Of a DNA stretch of 64,000 bases, positions 28,716-37,022 are shown in pieces; within the stretch, counting starts at the first letter, position 1, and each line of letters opens with the position of its first letter. The notes beneath the pieces were generated by a model that had not been told where the DNA came from, searched no databases, and worked only from the letters and a program-made list of their open reading frames with translations. This DNA comes from Clostridia bacterium (GTDB lineage Bacteria > Bacillota > Clostridia > Oscillospirales > CAG-272), in assembly GCA_017646745.1 (NCBI GenBank), contig JAGCLY010000003.1, positions 3,495-67,494 of the forward strand. The letters are read 5' to 3'. Both the position numbers and the translations under genes were made by a program.

Positions 28716-28799
28716 TGCGGGAAATGTCGAGCGTTAAAAAAACGATTGATAATCGTTTTTAGCGAGAAGTTTGAAGGCTTGCCTGAAAACTGTCCCGTT
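28716..28799. repeat. 84-nt structured repeat, copy B
   Basis: It is preceded by TGG, so 28713..28724 (TGGTGCGGGAAA) is identical to the tRNA-Leu 3' end at 28868..28879. The hairpin at 28769..28790 differs from copy A at three base pairs, all compensatory. Confidence 0.5.
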
Positions 28800-28828
28800 C
28801 CCTATCCAGGTAAAGACCTTGCTATAGC

Positions 28829-28864
28829 AAAAAAATAAAGACCAAGATTTTCATCCTGGTCTTT
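28829..28864 (-). terminator. Rho-independent terminator of tRNA-Leu
   Basis: On the minus strand: AAAGACCAGG-loop-CTTGGTCTTT followed by ATTTTTTTG. Confidence 0.8.
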
Positions 28865-28867
28865 ACC

Positions 28868-28951
28868 TGGTGCGGGAAACGGGACTTGAACCCGTACATC
28901 AAAGATACACGCCCCTCAAACGTGCGCGTCTGCCGATTCCGCCACTCCCGC
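28868..28951 (-). tRNA. tRNA-Leu (anticodon GAG), class II, CCA encoded
   Basis: The reverse complement reads GCGGGAG-TG-GCGGAATCGGCAGACGC-G-CACGT-TTGAGGG-GCGTG-TATCTTTGATGT-ACGGG-TTCAAGT-CCCGT-TTCCCGC-ACCA. Features are a 7-bp acceptor stem, U33, anticodon GAG, G37, a long variable arm and a canonical T-loop. Confidence 0.9.
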
Positions 28952-28962
28952 GAACATTTGAT

Positions 28963-28991
28963 ATTATAGCACACTATTTTCTATTTGTCAA
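28963..28991 (-). promoter_or_regulatory. Consensus promoter of tRNA-Leu
   Basis: On the minus strand: TTGACA, a 17-nt spacer, then TATAAT. The tRNA 5' end lies 11 nt after the -10. Confidence 0.7.
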
Positions 28992-29001
28992 TAGGTTTTT
29001 C

Positions 29002-29036
29002 AAAAAATCCCCGAGAATTTTTATCTTCTCGGGGAT
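29002..29036 (-). terminator. Rho-independent terminator of the uxa operon
   Basis: On the minus strand: TCCCCGAGAA-loop-TTCTCGGGGA followed by TTTTTTG. Confidence 0.8.
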
Positions 29037-29043
29037 AATTTTT

Positions 29044-30402
29044 TTAGAACTTAAAGTAATTCTTTGCGTTATGATAAGCGATGCCTGTTACGATCTGCTC
29101 GAGAGCCTTATAATCCTCAGGATACTCGCCCTCGTCAACCCATTTACCAATGAGGTTACACATAATACGTCTGAAATACTCATGGCGAGGATAGGATACG
29201 AAGGAACGGCTATCGGTAAGCATACCAACGAATGCGGAAAGAGTACCGAGATTTGCAAGAGCCTGCATCTGTGCCTCCATACCGTCACGCTGATCGTTGA
29301 ACCACCAGCCGGAGCCGAACTGAATCTTGCCCGCAACACCTGCGCCCTGGAAGCAACCGAGCATAGTACCGAGAACATAGTTGTCCTTGGGATTAAGAGT
29401 ATAAAGAATGGTCTTGGGAAGGCAATCAGCACACTCGAGGTGGCTCATAAATGCGCCGAGATCCTCAGCAATGCAAAGATCGTTTATAGAATCAAAGCCG
29501 GTGTCGGGACCAAGCTTTTCATACATCTTCTTGTTGTTGTTACGAAGAGCGCCGATGTGAAGCTGCATTGCCCAGTCGTACTTAACGTACTCCTCTGCGC
29601 AAGCCTTAAGCATTGCGGTCTTGAAGGAATCGATCTCCTCCTTAGTAAGCTCGCCGCCCGCCATACGCTTATCAAAGGCAGCCTTAGCATCGCCTACTGC
29701 GAAGGGAACGTACTCAAGAGCGTGGTCGGAAAGACGGCAGCCGTAGTCATTGAAATATGCGATACGTGCCTTGATCCAACAAACAAGCTCATCATAAGAC
29801 TTAACACCGGTAGACTCGATATAAGGAATGAAGGTATCCTTACCGATCTCAACAGCCTTATCGGGACGGAAGGTAGGAAGCACCTTGGTAGAAAAGTCCT
29901 TAAGTGCTGCGTGATACTCAAGAGTATCAACAGGATCGTCGGTTGTACAGATGATCTCAACGTTGGAACGGCGAATAAGCTCCTGGGCACGGTATTCAGG
30001 CTTAGCAAGACACTCGTTTACCTTGTTCCAGATTCTCTCGCAGGACTCCTCGTTAAGAGTCTCATCGATATCAAAATATCTCTTAAGCTCAAGGTGGGTC
30101 CAGTGATAAAGAGGGTTGCCGATAAGACGAGGAAGAGTCTTAGCAAACATCTTGAACTTCTCATACTCATCTGCGCCGCCGGTGATGAACTCCTCGGGAA
30201 CACCGTTGGTTCTGATCTGACGCCACTTGTAGTGATCACCGCCGAGGAAGAGATCAAAGGCATTCTTGAACTGATAGTTCTCTGCAATCTGCTTGGGAGA
30301 AAGATGGCAGTGATAGTCAATAATGGGAAGATCCTTTACCATTGCGTAAAGCTTCTTCGCAGGCTCGTTCTTGAGCATAAAATTATCGTTAATAAAACTC
30401 AT
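29044..30402 (-). CDS. uxaC: Glucuronate (uronate) isomerase
   Basis: MSFINDNFMLKNEPAKKLY...PIIDYHCHL N-terminus and a 452-aa length, both typical of UxaC. Confidence 0.95.
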   Translation of the reverse strand: MSFINDNFMLKNEPAKKLYAMVKDLPIIDYHCHLSPKQIAENYQFKNAFDLFLGGDHYKWRQIRTNGVPEEFITGGADEYEKFKMFAKTLPRLIGNPLYHWTHLELKRYFDIDETLNEESCERIWNKVNECLAKPEYRAQELIRRSNVEIICTTDDPVDTLEYHAALKDFSTKVLPTFRPDKAVEIGKDTFIPYIESTGVKSYDELVCWIKARIAYFNDYGCRLSDHALEYVPFAVGDAKAAFDKRMAGGELTKEEIDSFKTAMLKACAEEYVKYDWAMQLHIGALRNNNKKMYEKLGPDTGFDSINDLCIAEDLGAFMSHLECADCLPKTILYTLNPKDNYVLGTMLGCFQGAGVAGKIQFGSGWWFNDQRDGMEAQMQALANLGTLSAFVGMLTDSRSFVSYPRHEYFRRIMCNLIGKWVDEGEYPEDYKALEQIVTGIAYHNAKNYFKF

Positions 30403-31769
30403 AGTGTTACACCGTCCTTAAATATTGAAATTTCTCTGTAATCGTTTATCTCATTTCTGGTTTCCCTGCCCTCTGCAACGCTGATAACGTACTCAAAGAG
30501 CTCGTCGGTAAGAGGATTTCCTTCAAGCGTGGGAGATGCATCGAAATCAATCCAATTTGCCTTTCGCTCAGCAAGAGAGTGATTGGTAGCAATCTTTACT
30601 GTAGGAACAGGAGCACCGACAGGAGTTCCTCTACCCGTAGTAAAGAGAATAATATGCACGCCCGCAGCGGTAAGGTTGGTAATAGCAACAATATCGTTGC
30701 CGGGACCGTTGAGAAGCGACAAACCGTTCTTTGTTAACACGTCACCGTAATCGAGGACATCAACAACCTTGGAAAGGCCGCCCTTCTGTACACAGCCAAG
30801 GGACTTTTCCTCAAGGGTAGTAATTCCACCCTTCTTGTTTCCGGGTGAAGGGTTTTCGTAAATAACCTGATTATGTCTGGTATAGTAATCCTTAAAGTCG
30901 TTAATAAGCTTTACAGTCTTATCAAACACCGCCTCACTCTCACATCTCTGCATAAGCAAATGCTCTGCACCGAACATCTCCGGTACCTCGGTAAGTACAC
31001 AGCTGCCGCCGTGAGAAATCACCATGTCAGAGAGTCTGCCCACAAGTGGATTAGCAGTAATGCCGCTATAACCGTCGCTTCCACCACACTTAAGACCAAT
31101 GCGAAGCTTGGAAACAGGCACAGGCGTACGCTCGAATTTTGCAGCATACTCCTTAAGCTCGTTGATAAGTGCCACACCTGCGGCAACGTCATCATCGTGA
31201 TCCTGAGTGTTAAGGAACTTTACCCTATCGGGATTGTACTCGCCCAGCACCTTTTTGAAAACGTCAATATTATTATTTTCGCAGCCCAAGCCAAGCACAA
31301 GCACGCCTGCGGCATTGGGGTGATTTACAAGGCCTTTGAGAACGAGCTGTGTAACAGTCTGGTCATCGCCAAGCTGAGAACAACCGAAGGGATGCGGGAA
31401 GTTTCTCGCGCCGGTAAGTGCAGAAAGCTGCTGTGCAATCTTATTTACGCAACCAACGGTATTTACTATCCAAATCTCATTTCTGATACCTACATCGCCA
31501 CTCTCACGAACGTAGCCCATAAAGGTACGGTCGCTGTCTACGGTGGGGGTATCATGGAATTTAGGCTCGTAGCTATACTCAAGGTTGCCAGAAAGATTGG
31601 TCTTTACGTTATGAGTATGTACATGCTCGCCCTTCTTTATGTCGCAGATAGCGTGTCCTATGGGATTGCCGTATTTGATAATATCCTCACCGCATTTAAT
31701 ATCACGGAGGGCATACTTGTGGCCGTCCTCAAGGTTGATATCTACGTTGTCAAGTTTATTTATTAACAT
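30399..31769 (-). CDS. uxaA: Altronate dehydratase (UxaA family)
   Basis: N-terminal SAF domain (DNVDINLEDGHKYALRDIKCGEDIIKYGNPIGHA) plus the UxaA/GarD C-terminal domain. There is a 4-nt overlap with uxaC. Confidence 0.9.
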   Translation of the reverse strand: MLINKLDNVDINLEDGHKYALRDIKCGEDIIKYGNPIGHAICDIKKGEHVHTHNVKTNLSGNLEYSYEPKFHDTPTVDSDRTFMGYVRESGDVGIRNEIWIVNTVGCVNKIAQQLSALTGARNFPHPFGCSQLGDDQTVTQLVLKGLVNHPNAAGVLVLGLGCENNNIDVFKKVLGEYNPDRVKFLNTQDHDDDVAAGVALINELKEYAAKFERTPVPVSKLRIGLKCGGSDGYSGITANPLVGRLSDMVISHGGSCVLTEVPEMFGAEHLLMQRCESEAVFDKTVKLINDFKDYYTRHNQVIYENPSPGNKKGGITTLEEKSLGCVQKGGLSKVVDVLDYGDVLTKNGLSLLNGPGNDIVAITNLTAAGVHIILFTTGRGTPVGAPVPTVKIATNHSLAERKANWIDFDASPTLEGNPLTDELFEYVISVAEGRETRNEINDYREISIFKDGVTL

Positions 31770-33045
31770 ACTTCTCTACCTCGTCAGTAAGGAAGGACAG
31801 ATCCTGTCCCCAAAGCGACTCGTTTGCAAGAATATCCGCAGTGCCGTGTGTTCTCATAAACTCAACCACGGCCGCATCATCGTTAGTCATATCGGTCTTA
31901 TAGAACTCTATAAGCTTTGCAAAGGCAAAGATAAGAGTCTCGGGCATCCTGTTGTATCTCTTGATGTATTCAAGAATTGAAGGAAGTACTCTTACCTTGA
32001 ACTTGGATACCGAGTTAAGAGCGATAGCAGAAAGATAATGATTAATATATGGATTGCTGAATCTTTCTACAACACTGTTAGCGTAAGAAAGAAGCTCGTC
32101 ACGAGGAAGATCGAGGGTAGGAATGATCTCGTCAAACACGCACTTCTTAAGATGCTCACTCATAACAGCATCATCAAGGCAACTCTTAACGGTATCAAGT
32201 CCGCTAAGAAGCGCATAAGGAACAAGAGAGGTGTGAGCACCGTTAAGGATCCTTACCTTTCTGGTGCGATACATCTCAAGCTTATCAGGAGTGATAATAA
32301 CGTTGAGATCGGTCTTGCTGAAGGGGATCTCGCTGTCAAGATCATGATCGGTTTCAATAACCCAAAGATGGAAGAACTCCGCAGTATTAACCATATTATC
32401 CTCATAACCAAGGCCAAGGTCCTCGCCCCTGGGATAGCCGGTATTAATACGGTCAACAAGAGTATTAGTGAAAATATTCTCGTTTTCTATCCAAGCCTTG
32501 AATCCGTCACCGAGATTCCAAAGATCAGCATACTGAAGTATGCACTTTTTAAGATTATCGCCATTTCTGTCAATAAGCTCGCAAGGAAGGAAAACAAATC
32601 CGGAAAGAGCGAGATCAAAGCGCTTTTTGAGAAGCAAGGTAAGCTTTGCCGGGAAGCTCTTGGGAGGAGCATCAGTAATCTTATCATCGGCAGAAAATAC
32701 TATTCCACTCTCGGTTGTATTGGAAACAATAAAGCGCATTTCAGGCTGCTCTGCAAGTGCAATATAGCTTTCAAAGTCCTCATAGGGCTTAACACATCTG
32801 GATATAACATCAACTATAGTTGTATCAACACCCTCTACGCCTCTTATTACCTGAGTATAAACGCAATCTTGAGCAGAAAGCATATCGCACATACCCTGCT
32901 CTATGGGCTGAACAACTACAACGCTACCGTCAAAATCGGAGTTTTCATTCACCTTCTGAAGCATCCAGTCAACGAAACCACGGAGAAATCCGCCTTCACC
33001 AAACTGAATAACTCGCTCTGTTCTTTGCTTTTTGTTGAAATTCAT
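31756..33045 (-). CDS. uxaB: Tagaturonate reductase (altronate oxidoreductase)
   Basis: RVIQFGEGGFLRGFVDWML N-terminus of the mannitol-dehydrogenase-family UxaB. It overlaps uxaA. Confidence 0.85.
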   Translation of the reverse strand: MNFNKKQRTERVIQFGEGGFLRGFVDWMLQKVNENSDFDGSVVVVQPIEQGMCDMLSAQDCVYTQVIRGVEGVDTTIVDVISRCVKPYEDFESYIALAEQPEMRFIVSNTTESGIVFSADDKITDAPPKSFPAKLTLLLKKRFDLALSGFVFLPCELIDRNGDNLKKCILQYADLWNLGDGFKAWIENENIFTNTLVDRINTGYPRGEDLGLGYEDNMVNTAEFFHLWVIETDHDLDSEIPFSKTDLNVIITPDKLEMYRTRKVRILNGAHTSLVPYALLSGLDTVKSCLDDAVMSEHLKKCVFDEIIPTLDLPRDELLSYANSVVERFSNPYINHYLSAIALNSVSKFKVRVLPSILEYIKRYNRMPETLIFAFAKLIEFYKTDMTNDDAAVVEFMRTHGTADILANESLWGQDLSFLTDEVEKYVNK

Positions 33046-33165
33046 AATAAAAGTCCTTCCTTTTATTTTAATTATACACTTTAATTATAAAAGAATAACT
33101 TAATAAATGCCTTAATTTTTTTGATGTTCATTATTGCTTTTTTAATTAAAACTTGATTTTTTTGA

Positions 33166-33197
33166 TAATAAAAAGCGGGGATTATATACTTCCCCGC
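33166..33197 (-). terminator. Rho-independent terminator of rpe
   Basis: On the minus strand: GCGGGGA-loop-TCCCCGC followed by TTTTTATT. Confidence 0.75.
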
Positions 33198-33232
33198 CTA
33201 TATTGCAAGCAAAACATATTACAACGTGTGGA

Positions 33233-33883
33233 TTAAGCATTACAACGAAGAGCGTTAATAGCGGCTGCTCTGTCAGAAGCGACAAACACCGAGCTGCCTG
33301 CAACGAGAATGCTTGCTCCCGCAGAGATTAGCTCACCCGCATTTGTATCATTAATTCCGCCGTCGACCTGAATCTCAATGAAGTGACCCGTTTTTTTAAG
33401 TTCTGCCTTGAGTTTTCTTACTTTTTCTATTGTTTCGGGTATAAGCTTTTGTCCACCGTACCCAGGCTCTACAGTCATAACAAGCACCATATCACAATGA
33501 TCAAGGAGAGTATAAACCTCCTCGATAGGAGTAGCAGGCTTTACCGATATACCTGCCATTACCCCCTGAGAGCGTATCTCGTCAAGCAGCTCCACAGGAT
33601 TATCACACGCCTCAATATGGAAGGTCAGGATATCTGCCCCGGCATCGATAAAACGAGCTGCATATCTCTCGGGCTTGTCTATCATAAGATGAACGTCAAA
33701 AATCATATCGCTCTTTTTTCTAAGCGACTGAATAACAGGCAAACCAAAGCTGATATTAGTAACAAAATTGCCATCCATTACGTCAAGATGAACCATATCT
33801 GCTCCGCAACGCTTAATATCAGCAACCTCCGCAGCCAAATCTGACAGATCGGCAGCCAAAACAGATGGAGAAATTTTAATCAT
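33233..33883 (-). CDS. rpe: Ribulose-phosphate 3-epimerase
   Basis: ISPSVLAADL...HLDVMDGNFV...VDGGIN motifs. The start is set at MIKISPS, preceded by GGAAAGGA. Confidence 0.92.
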   Translation of the reverse strand: MIKISPSVLAADLSDLAAEVADIKRCGADMVHLDVMDGNFVTNISFGLPVIQSLRKKSDMIFDVHLMIDKPERYAARFIDAGADILTFHIEACDNPVELLDEIRSQGVMAGISVKPATPIEEVYTLLDHCDMVLVMTVEPGYGGQKLIPETIEKVRKLKAELKKTGHFIEIQVDGGINDTNAGELISAGASILVAGSSVFVASDRAAAINALRCNA

Positions 33884-34041
33884 AACAAATCCTTTCCACC
33901 ACAAATCAGTGACACAAGTTTTCTTTTTTTCATAATATAATACGGAGCCACATTAGTGTGGCCTATAACGGTCAGGATAGCCAGCGCCGACATTAAAGCG
34001 AAAGACGTTTACATCTCACGTTGGAAATCCGCCTATGGATT

Positions 34042-34069
34042 GGGGTGATTTTTCACCCCTTATTTTTTT
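34042..34069 (+). terminator. Plus-strand rho-independent terminator with no annotated plus-strand gene
   Basis: GGGGTGA-TTTT-TCACCCC followed by TTATTTTTTT. On the minus strand the hairpin has no U-tract after it. Confidence 0.55.
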
Positions 34070-35235
34070 ACTGTTGCAACAGCATGAGCAGCGGCGCCAT
34101 CCTCGCTTCCGGTGAAGCCGAGACGCTCCTCTGTTGTAGCCTTAATATTAATTCTGCCCTGCTCTATCTTCAGGATTTTCGCAATATTATGGACCATTTC
34201 ATCGATAAATCCTGCTACCTTCGGCGACTGCATAACCAGCGTCGCATCGATATTTACAATACTGAAGCCACGGGATTTTATCATTTCACCCACTCTGTCA
34301 AGCAGCACCATGCTGGAAATATCCTTGTAGGCTTCATCGCTATCCGAAAAGTGCCTTCCTATATCTCCGAGAGCGCATGCACCAAGTAACGAATCCATTA
34401 TTGCATGGGTAAGAACATCTGCATCCGAGTGTCCGAGAAGCCCCTTGCTATGGGCTATCTCTACCCCGCCGAGGATCAGCCTGCGGCCCTCTGCGAAGCG
34501 ATGAACATCATAGCCGTGACCCGTTCTTATTTCGCTCATTTCCCCTCTCCTCTCGATAATATACTCTGCAAAGGACAAATCATCCGATGTGGTTATTTTT
34601 ATATTCTGCCTTCCGGTTTCGACAGGGTATATTTTTTCACCTAGTCTCTCAATAATAATATTATCGTCTGTTATACTTTCGTCAAGGCCTATTTTCGAAA
34701 GAGCGTCAGCATAAAGCGCTCTGTCAAAGACCTGTGGCGTCTGCGCACAGACAAGTCCACCCCTGGGCATAGTTTTAGAAATAAAGCTATCCTGGCCGAC
34801 CAGCTTTAAAGTATCAGACACGGCAGTACAAGCAGTTGCGGCTCTATAAATAATGGCCTTTTCAACAACGGAGGTTATTTGCTCCTTGGTGATAAGGCAC
34901 CTTGCGCTATCATGGATTGCCACAAAATCCGCCTCGTCGGGAATTGAAAGGAAACCCGATTTTGCCGACTCGGCCCTGGTTATACCTCCGGAAACGACAG
35001 CAAAAAGCTTACCAAACTCAGCAAGCTCCACTTTCGCCCACTTTATTTCATCCTCCCTGCTAACAACCACAATCGAATCGATCATATCGCACTCTGAAAA
35101 GGCCTTTACAGAATGATAAAGTATGCTTTTACCACATATAAGAATTCTCTGCTTTGTTATACTGTCGCTCATGCGGCTGCCACATCCGCCGGCAAGAATT
35201 ATAGCCGTAATATGAGGTCTGTTTGACATATTCAT
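34060..35235 (-). CDS. ispDF: Bifunctional IspD/IspF (MEP cytidylyltransferase / MEcPP synthase)
   Basis: N-terminal AIILAGGCGSRM (IspD). The C-terminal half carries GHGYDVHRF and GHSDADV (IspF). Confidence 0.92.
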   Translation of the reverse strand: MNMSNRPHITAIILAGGCGSRMSDSITKQRILICGKSILYHSVKAFSECDMIDSIVVVSREDEIKWAKVELAEFGKLFAVVSGGITRAESAKSGFLSIPDEADFVAIHDSARCLITKEQITSVVEKAIIYRAATACTAVSDTLKLVGQDSFISKTMPRGGLVCAQTPQVFDRALYADALSKIGLDESITDDNIIIERLGEKIYPVETGRQNIKITTSDDLSFAEYIIERRGEMSEIRTGHGYDVHRFAEGRRLILGGVEIAHSKGLLGHSDADVLTHAIMDSLLGACALGDIGRHFSDSDEAYKDISSMVLLDRVGEMIKSRGFSIVNIDATLVMQSPKVAGFIDEMVHNIAKILKIEQGRINIKATTEERLGFTGSEDGAAAHAVATVKK

Positions 35236-35480
35236 CCCGTTATTTTCCTTTCCGCCGGTACAATTTTGATATCAAAGTGGGAAAAGTCGATAAAATCAAG
35301 TGTAATCTTGAAACCGTTTTTTCATAGATTCCGACCGACTTTTGCATCATTTTATATACATTTTAGCACAAAGAAATGTAAAATGAAAGACTTTTTTTAC
35401 TTTTTGCTAATATTTTTGAAAAAACAGTCAAAAAAAGTAAAAAATTTTGGAATTTTTGTGAATTTTTTTTGAAAAACCCC

Positions 35481-35550
35481 TTGATTTTTTTAAATGTATG
35501 TTATATAATATAGGCGTGGGAAAAAGTGGGGATTTGTGTGCGATTAGTGC
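35481..35550 (+). promoter_or_regulatory. mraZ/dcw promoter plus MraZ-box direct repeats
   Basis: TTGATT (35481), a 17-nt spacer, then TATAAT (35504..35509). GTGGG, GTGGG and GTGTG follow at 35516, 35526 and 35536 (exact 10-bp phasing), then GTGC at 35547. Confidence 0.65.
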
Positions 35551-35616
35551 AACTTTGTGTTGAACGCATCCCCGACAAACCCAAAAATCAAAGAAAAAAG
35601 AAGGAGGCATACCGCA

Positions 35617-36039
35617 ATGGCTTTTATTAGCTCATACGTTTATTCGTTGGATACTAAAAAAAGAATACTCGTTCCCAACAAGTATCGCGAAGAGCTTGGC
35701 GACACATTCTACGTTACCAGAAGCCTTGACAAATGCCTTACCATGTACACCGAAGCGGAGTGGGAAAAATTCCTTCTGGGACTCAACGAGCTCCCTAACA
35801 CAACAAGTGCAATGGCTAAAGAATACTTTATGTCCATCGCTCAGAAATGTACTCCCGACGGAAGCGGCAGAATCCTTCTTAACGACAAGCTTATCGGTCA
35901 TGCAAAACTTACTAAAGACGTAGTGTTCGTTGGTACAATCAACACCATCAACATCTGGTCCGAGGAGCTTTGGGAAGAGCGTGAGGCTAACCGTGATCTT
36001 GATGAGATCCGTGCTCTGCTCTTAAGCAAGGGACTCTAA
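35617..36039 (+). CDS. mraZ: Transcriptional regulator MraZ
   Basis: Two SpoVT/AbrB-like halves (DTKKRILVPNKYREEL and PDGSGRILLNDKL). GAAGGAGG lies 9 nt upstream of the ATG. Confidence 0.9.
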   Translation: MAFISSYVYSLDTKKRILVPNKYREELGDTFYVTRSLDKCLTMYTEAEWEKFLLGLNELPNTTSAMAKEYFMSIAQKCTPDGSGRILLNDKLIGHAKLTKDVVFVGTINTINIWSEELWEEREANRDLDEIRALLLSKGL

Positions 36040-36068
36040 AATAATAACGGGAAGGACGATTGATTTTG

Positions 36069-37007
36069 ATGAATACATTTTCTCACGTATCGGTTCTCCT
36101 TTTCGAGTGCATTGAAGCACTTAATATAAGAGATGGTTACACATACGTCGACTGCACTACTGGCGGCGGTGGCCACTCACTCGAGATTGCAAAGCGACTG
36201 GGTCCCACATCACGCCTCATCTGTTTTGACCGTGATAAGGATGCCATAGCGGCAGCAAAGGAAAGACTTAAGGACTATCTTGACAAAATCACCTTTGTAA
36301 ACGAAAACTTCTCAAGCCTCGAAAGCGTTATTAAGGAGTACAACATCACCAACCTCGGCGGTGTGCTTGCCGATCTCGGCTGCAGCAGCTATCAGTTTGA
36401 CACCCCCGAGCGTGGATTCAGTTATATGCATGATGCAAGGCTGGATATGAGAATGGATACAGACTCTCCCCTGTCAGCCTATGAGATAATAAACGAATAT
36501 CCCGAGCATCGAATTAAAGAAATAATCTATGATTACGGCGAGGAGAGATTCGCCCCCAGAATCGCCTCTGCTATTTGCAAATATCGACAGGAAAAACCAA
36601 TAACCACAACACACCAGCTTACCGAAATAATAAAGAGCGCAATTCCAAGCGCAGCCAGAGCGGATGGCCCCCACCCCGCTAAAAGAACCTTCCAGGCAAT
36701 CAGAATAGAGGTTAACGGCGAGCTTGATGCAATCAAGCCCTTAATTGATTCGGCGGCGACAAATCTTGTTCCGGGTGGCAGATTAGCTATTATTTCATTC
36801 CACTCTTTAGAGGACAGGATAGTTAAGCAGGCATACAAATCACTGCTCGGCGGATGTACCTGCCCCAAGGACTTCCCCATATGCGTTTGCGGCAGAAAGC
36901 CTGCTATTAAAGAAATTTCAAGAAAACCTATACTACCTTCAGAAGAAGAATTAGAAATCAACCCCCGTTCCCGAAGCGCAAAGCTCCGTGTAGCGGAAAA
37001 ATTGTAA
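36069..37007 (+). CDS. rsmH: 16S rRNA (cytosine1402-N4)-methyltransferase
   Basis: HVSVLLFECIEAL...DCTTGGGGHS...ISFHSLEDRIVK motifs. Confidence 0.92.
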   Translation: MNTFSHVSVLLFECIEALNIRDGYTYVDCTTGGGGHSLEIAKRLGPTSRLICFDRDKDAIAAAKERLKDYLDKITFVNENFSSLESVIKEYNITNLGGVLADLGCSSYQFDTPERGFSYMHDARLDMRMDTDSPLSAYEIINEYPEHRIKEIIYDYGEERFAPRIASAICKYRQEKPITTTHQLTEIIKSAIPSAARADGPHPAKRTFQAIRIEVNGELDAIKPLIDSAATNLVPGGRLAIISFHSLEDRIVKQAYKSLLGGCTCPKDFPICVCGRKPAIKEISRKPILPSEEELEINPRSRSAKLRVAEKL

Positions 37008-37022
37008 GAGGAGATTAGAAAA

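Noticed and set aside
27961-28867. The idea that the whole tRNA-adjacent gap encodes one large ornate ncRNA (ROOL/GOLLD-like classes are reported near tRNAs)
   Set aside because: I cannot recall or verify the consensus of those classes. The middle of the gap (28300..28510) is AT-rich with little helix potential, and a strong internal terminator at 28515..28545 splits it. The question is left open for an Rfam scan, but the sequence alone does not support the claim.
28870-30441. 523-aa plus-strand ORF, the longest ORF in this part of the track
   Set aside because: It starts inside the tRNA-Leu gene and runs antisense to uxaC across its whole length. Its composition is Leu/Ile/Lys-rich with no motifs. 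The uxaC reading on the other strand is unambiguous.
30873-33084. Plus-strand ORFs of 297 aa and 348 aa
   Set aside because: They are antisense to uxaA and uxaB. They have Ile/Asn/Lys-rich composition and no start signals.
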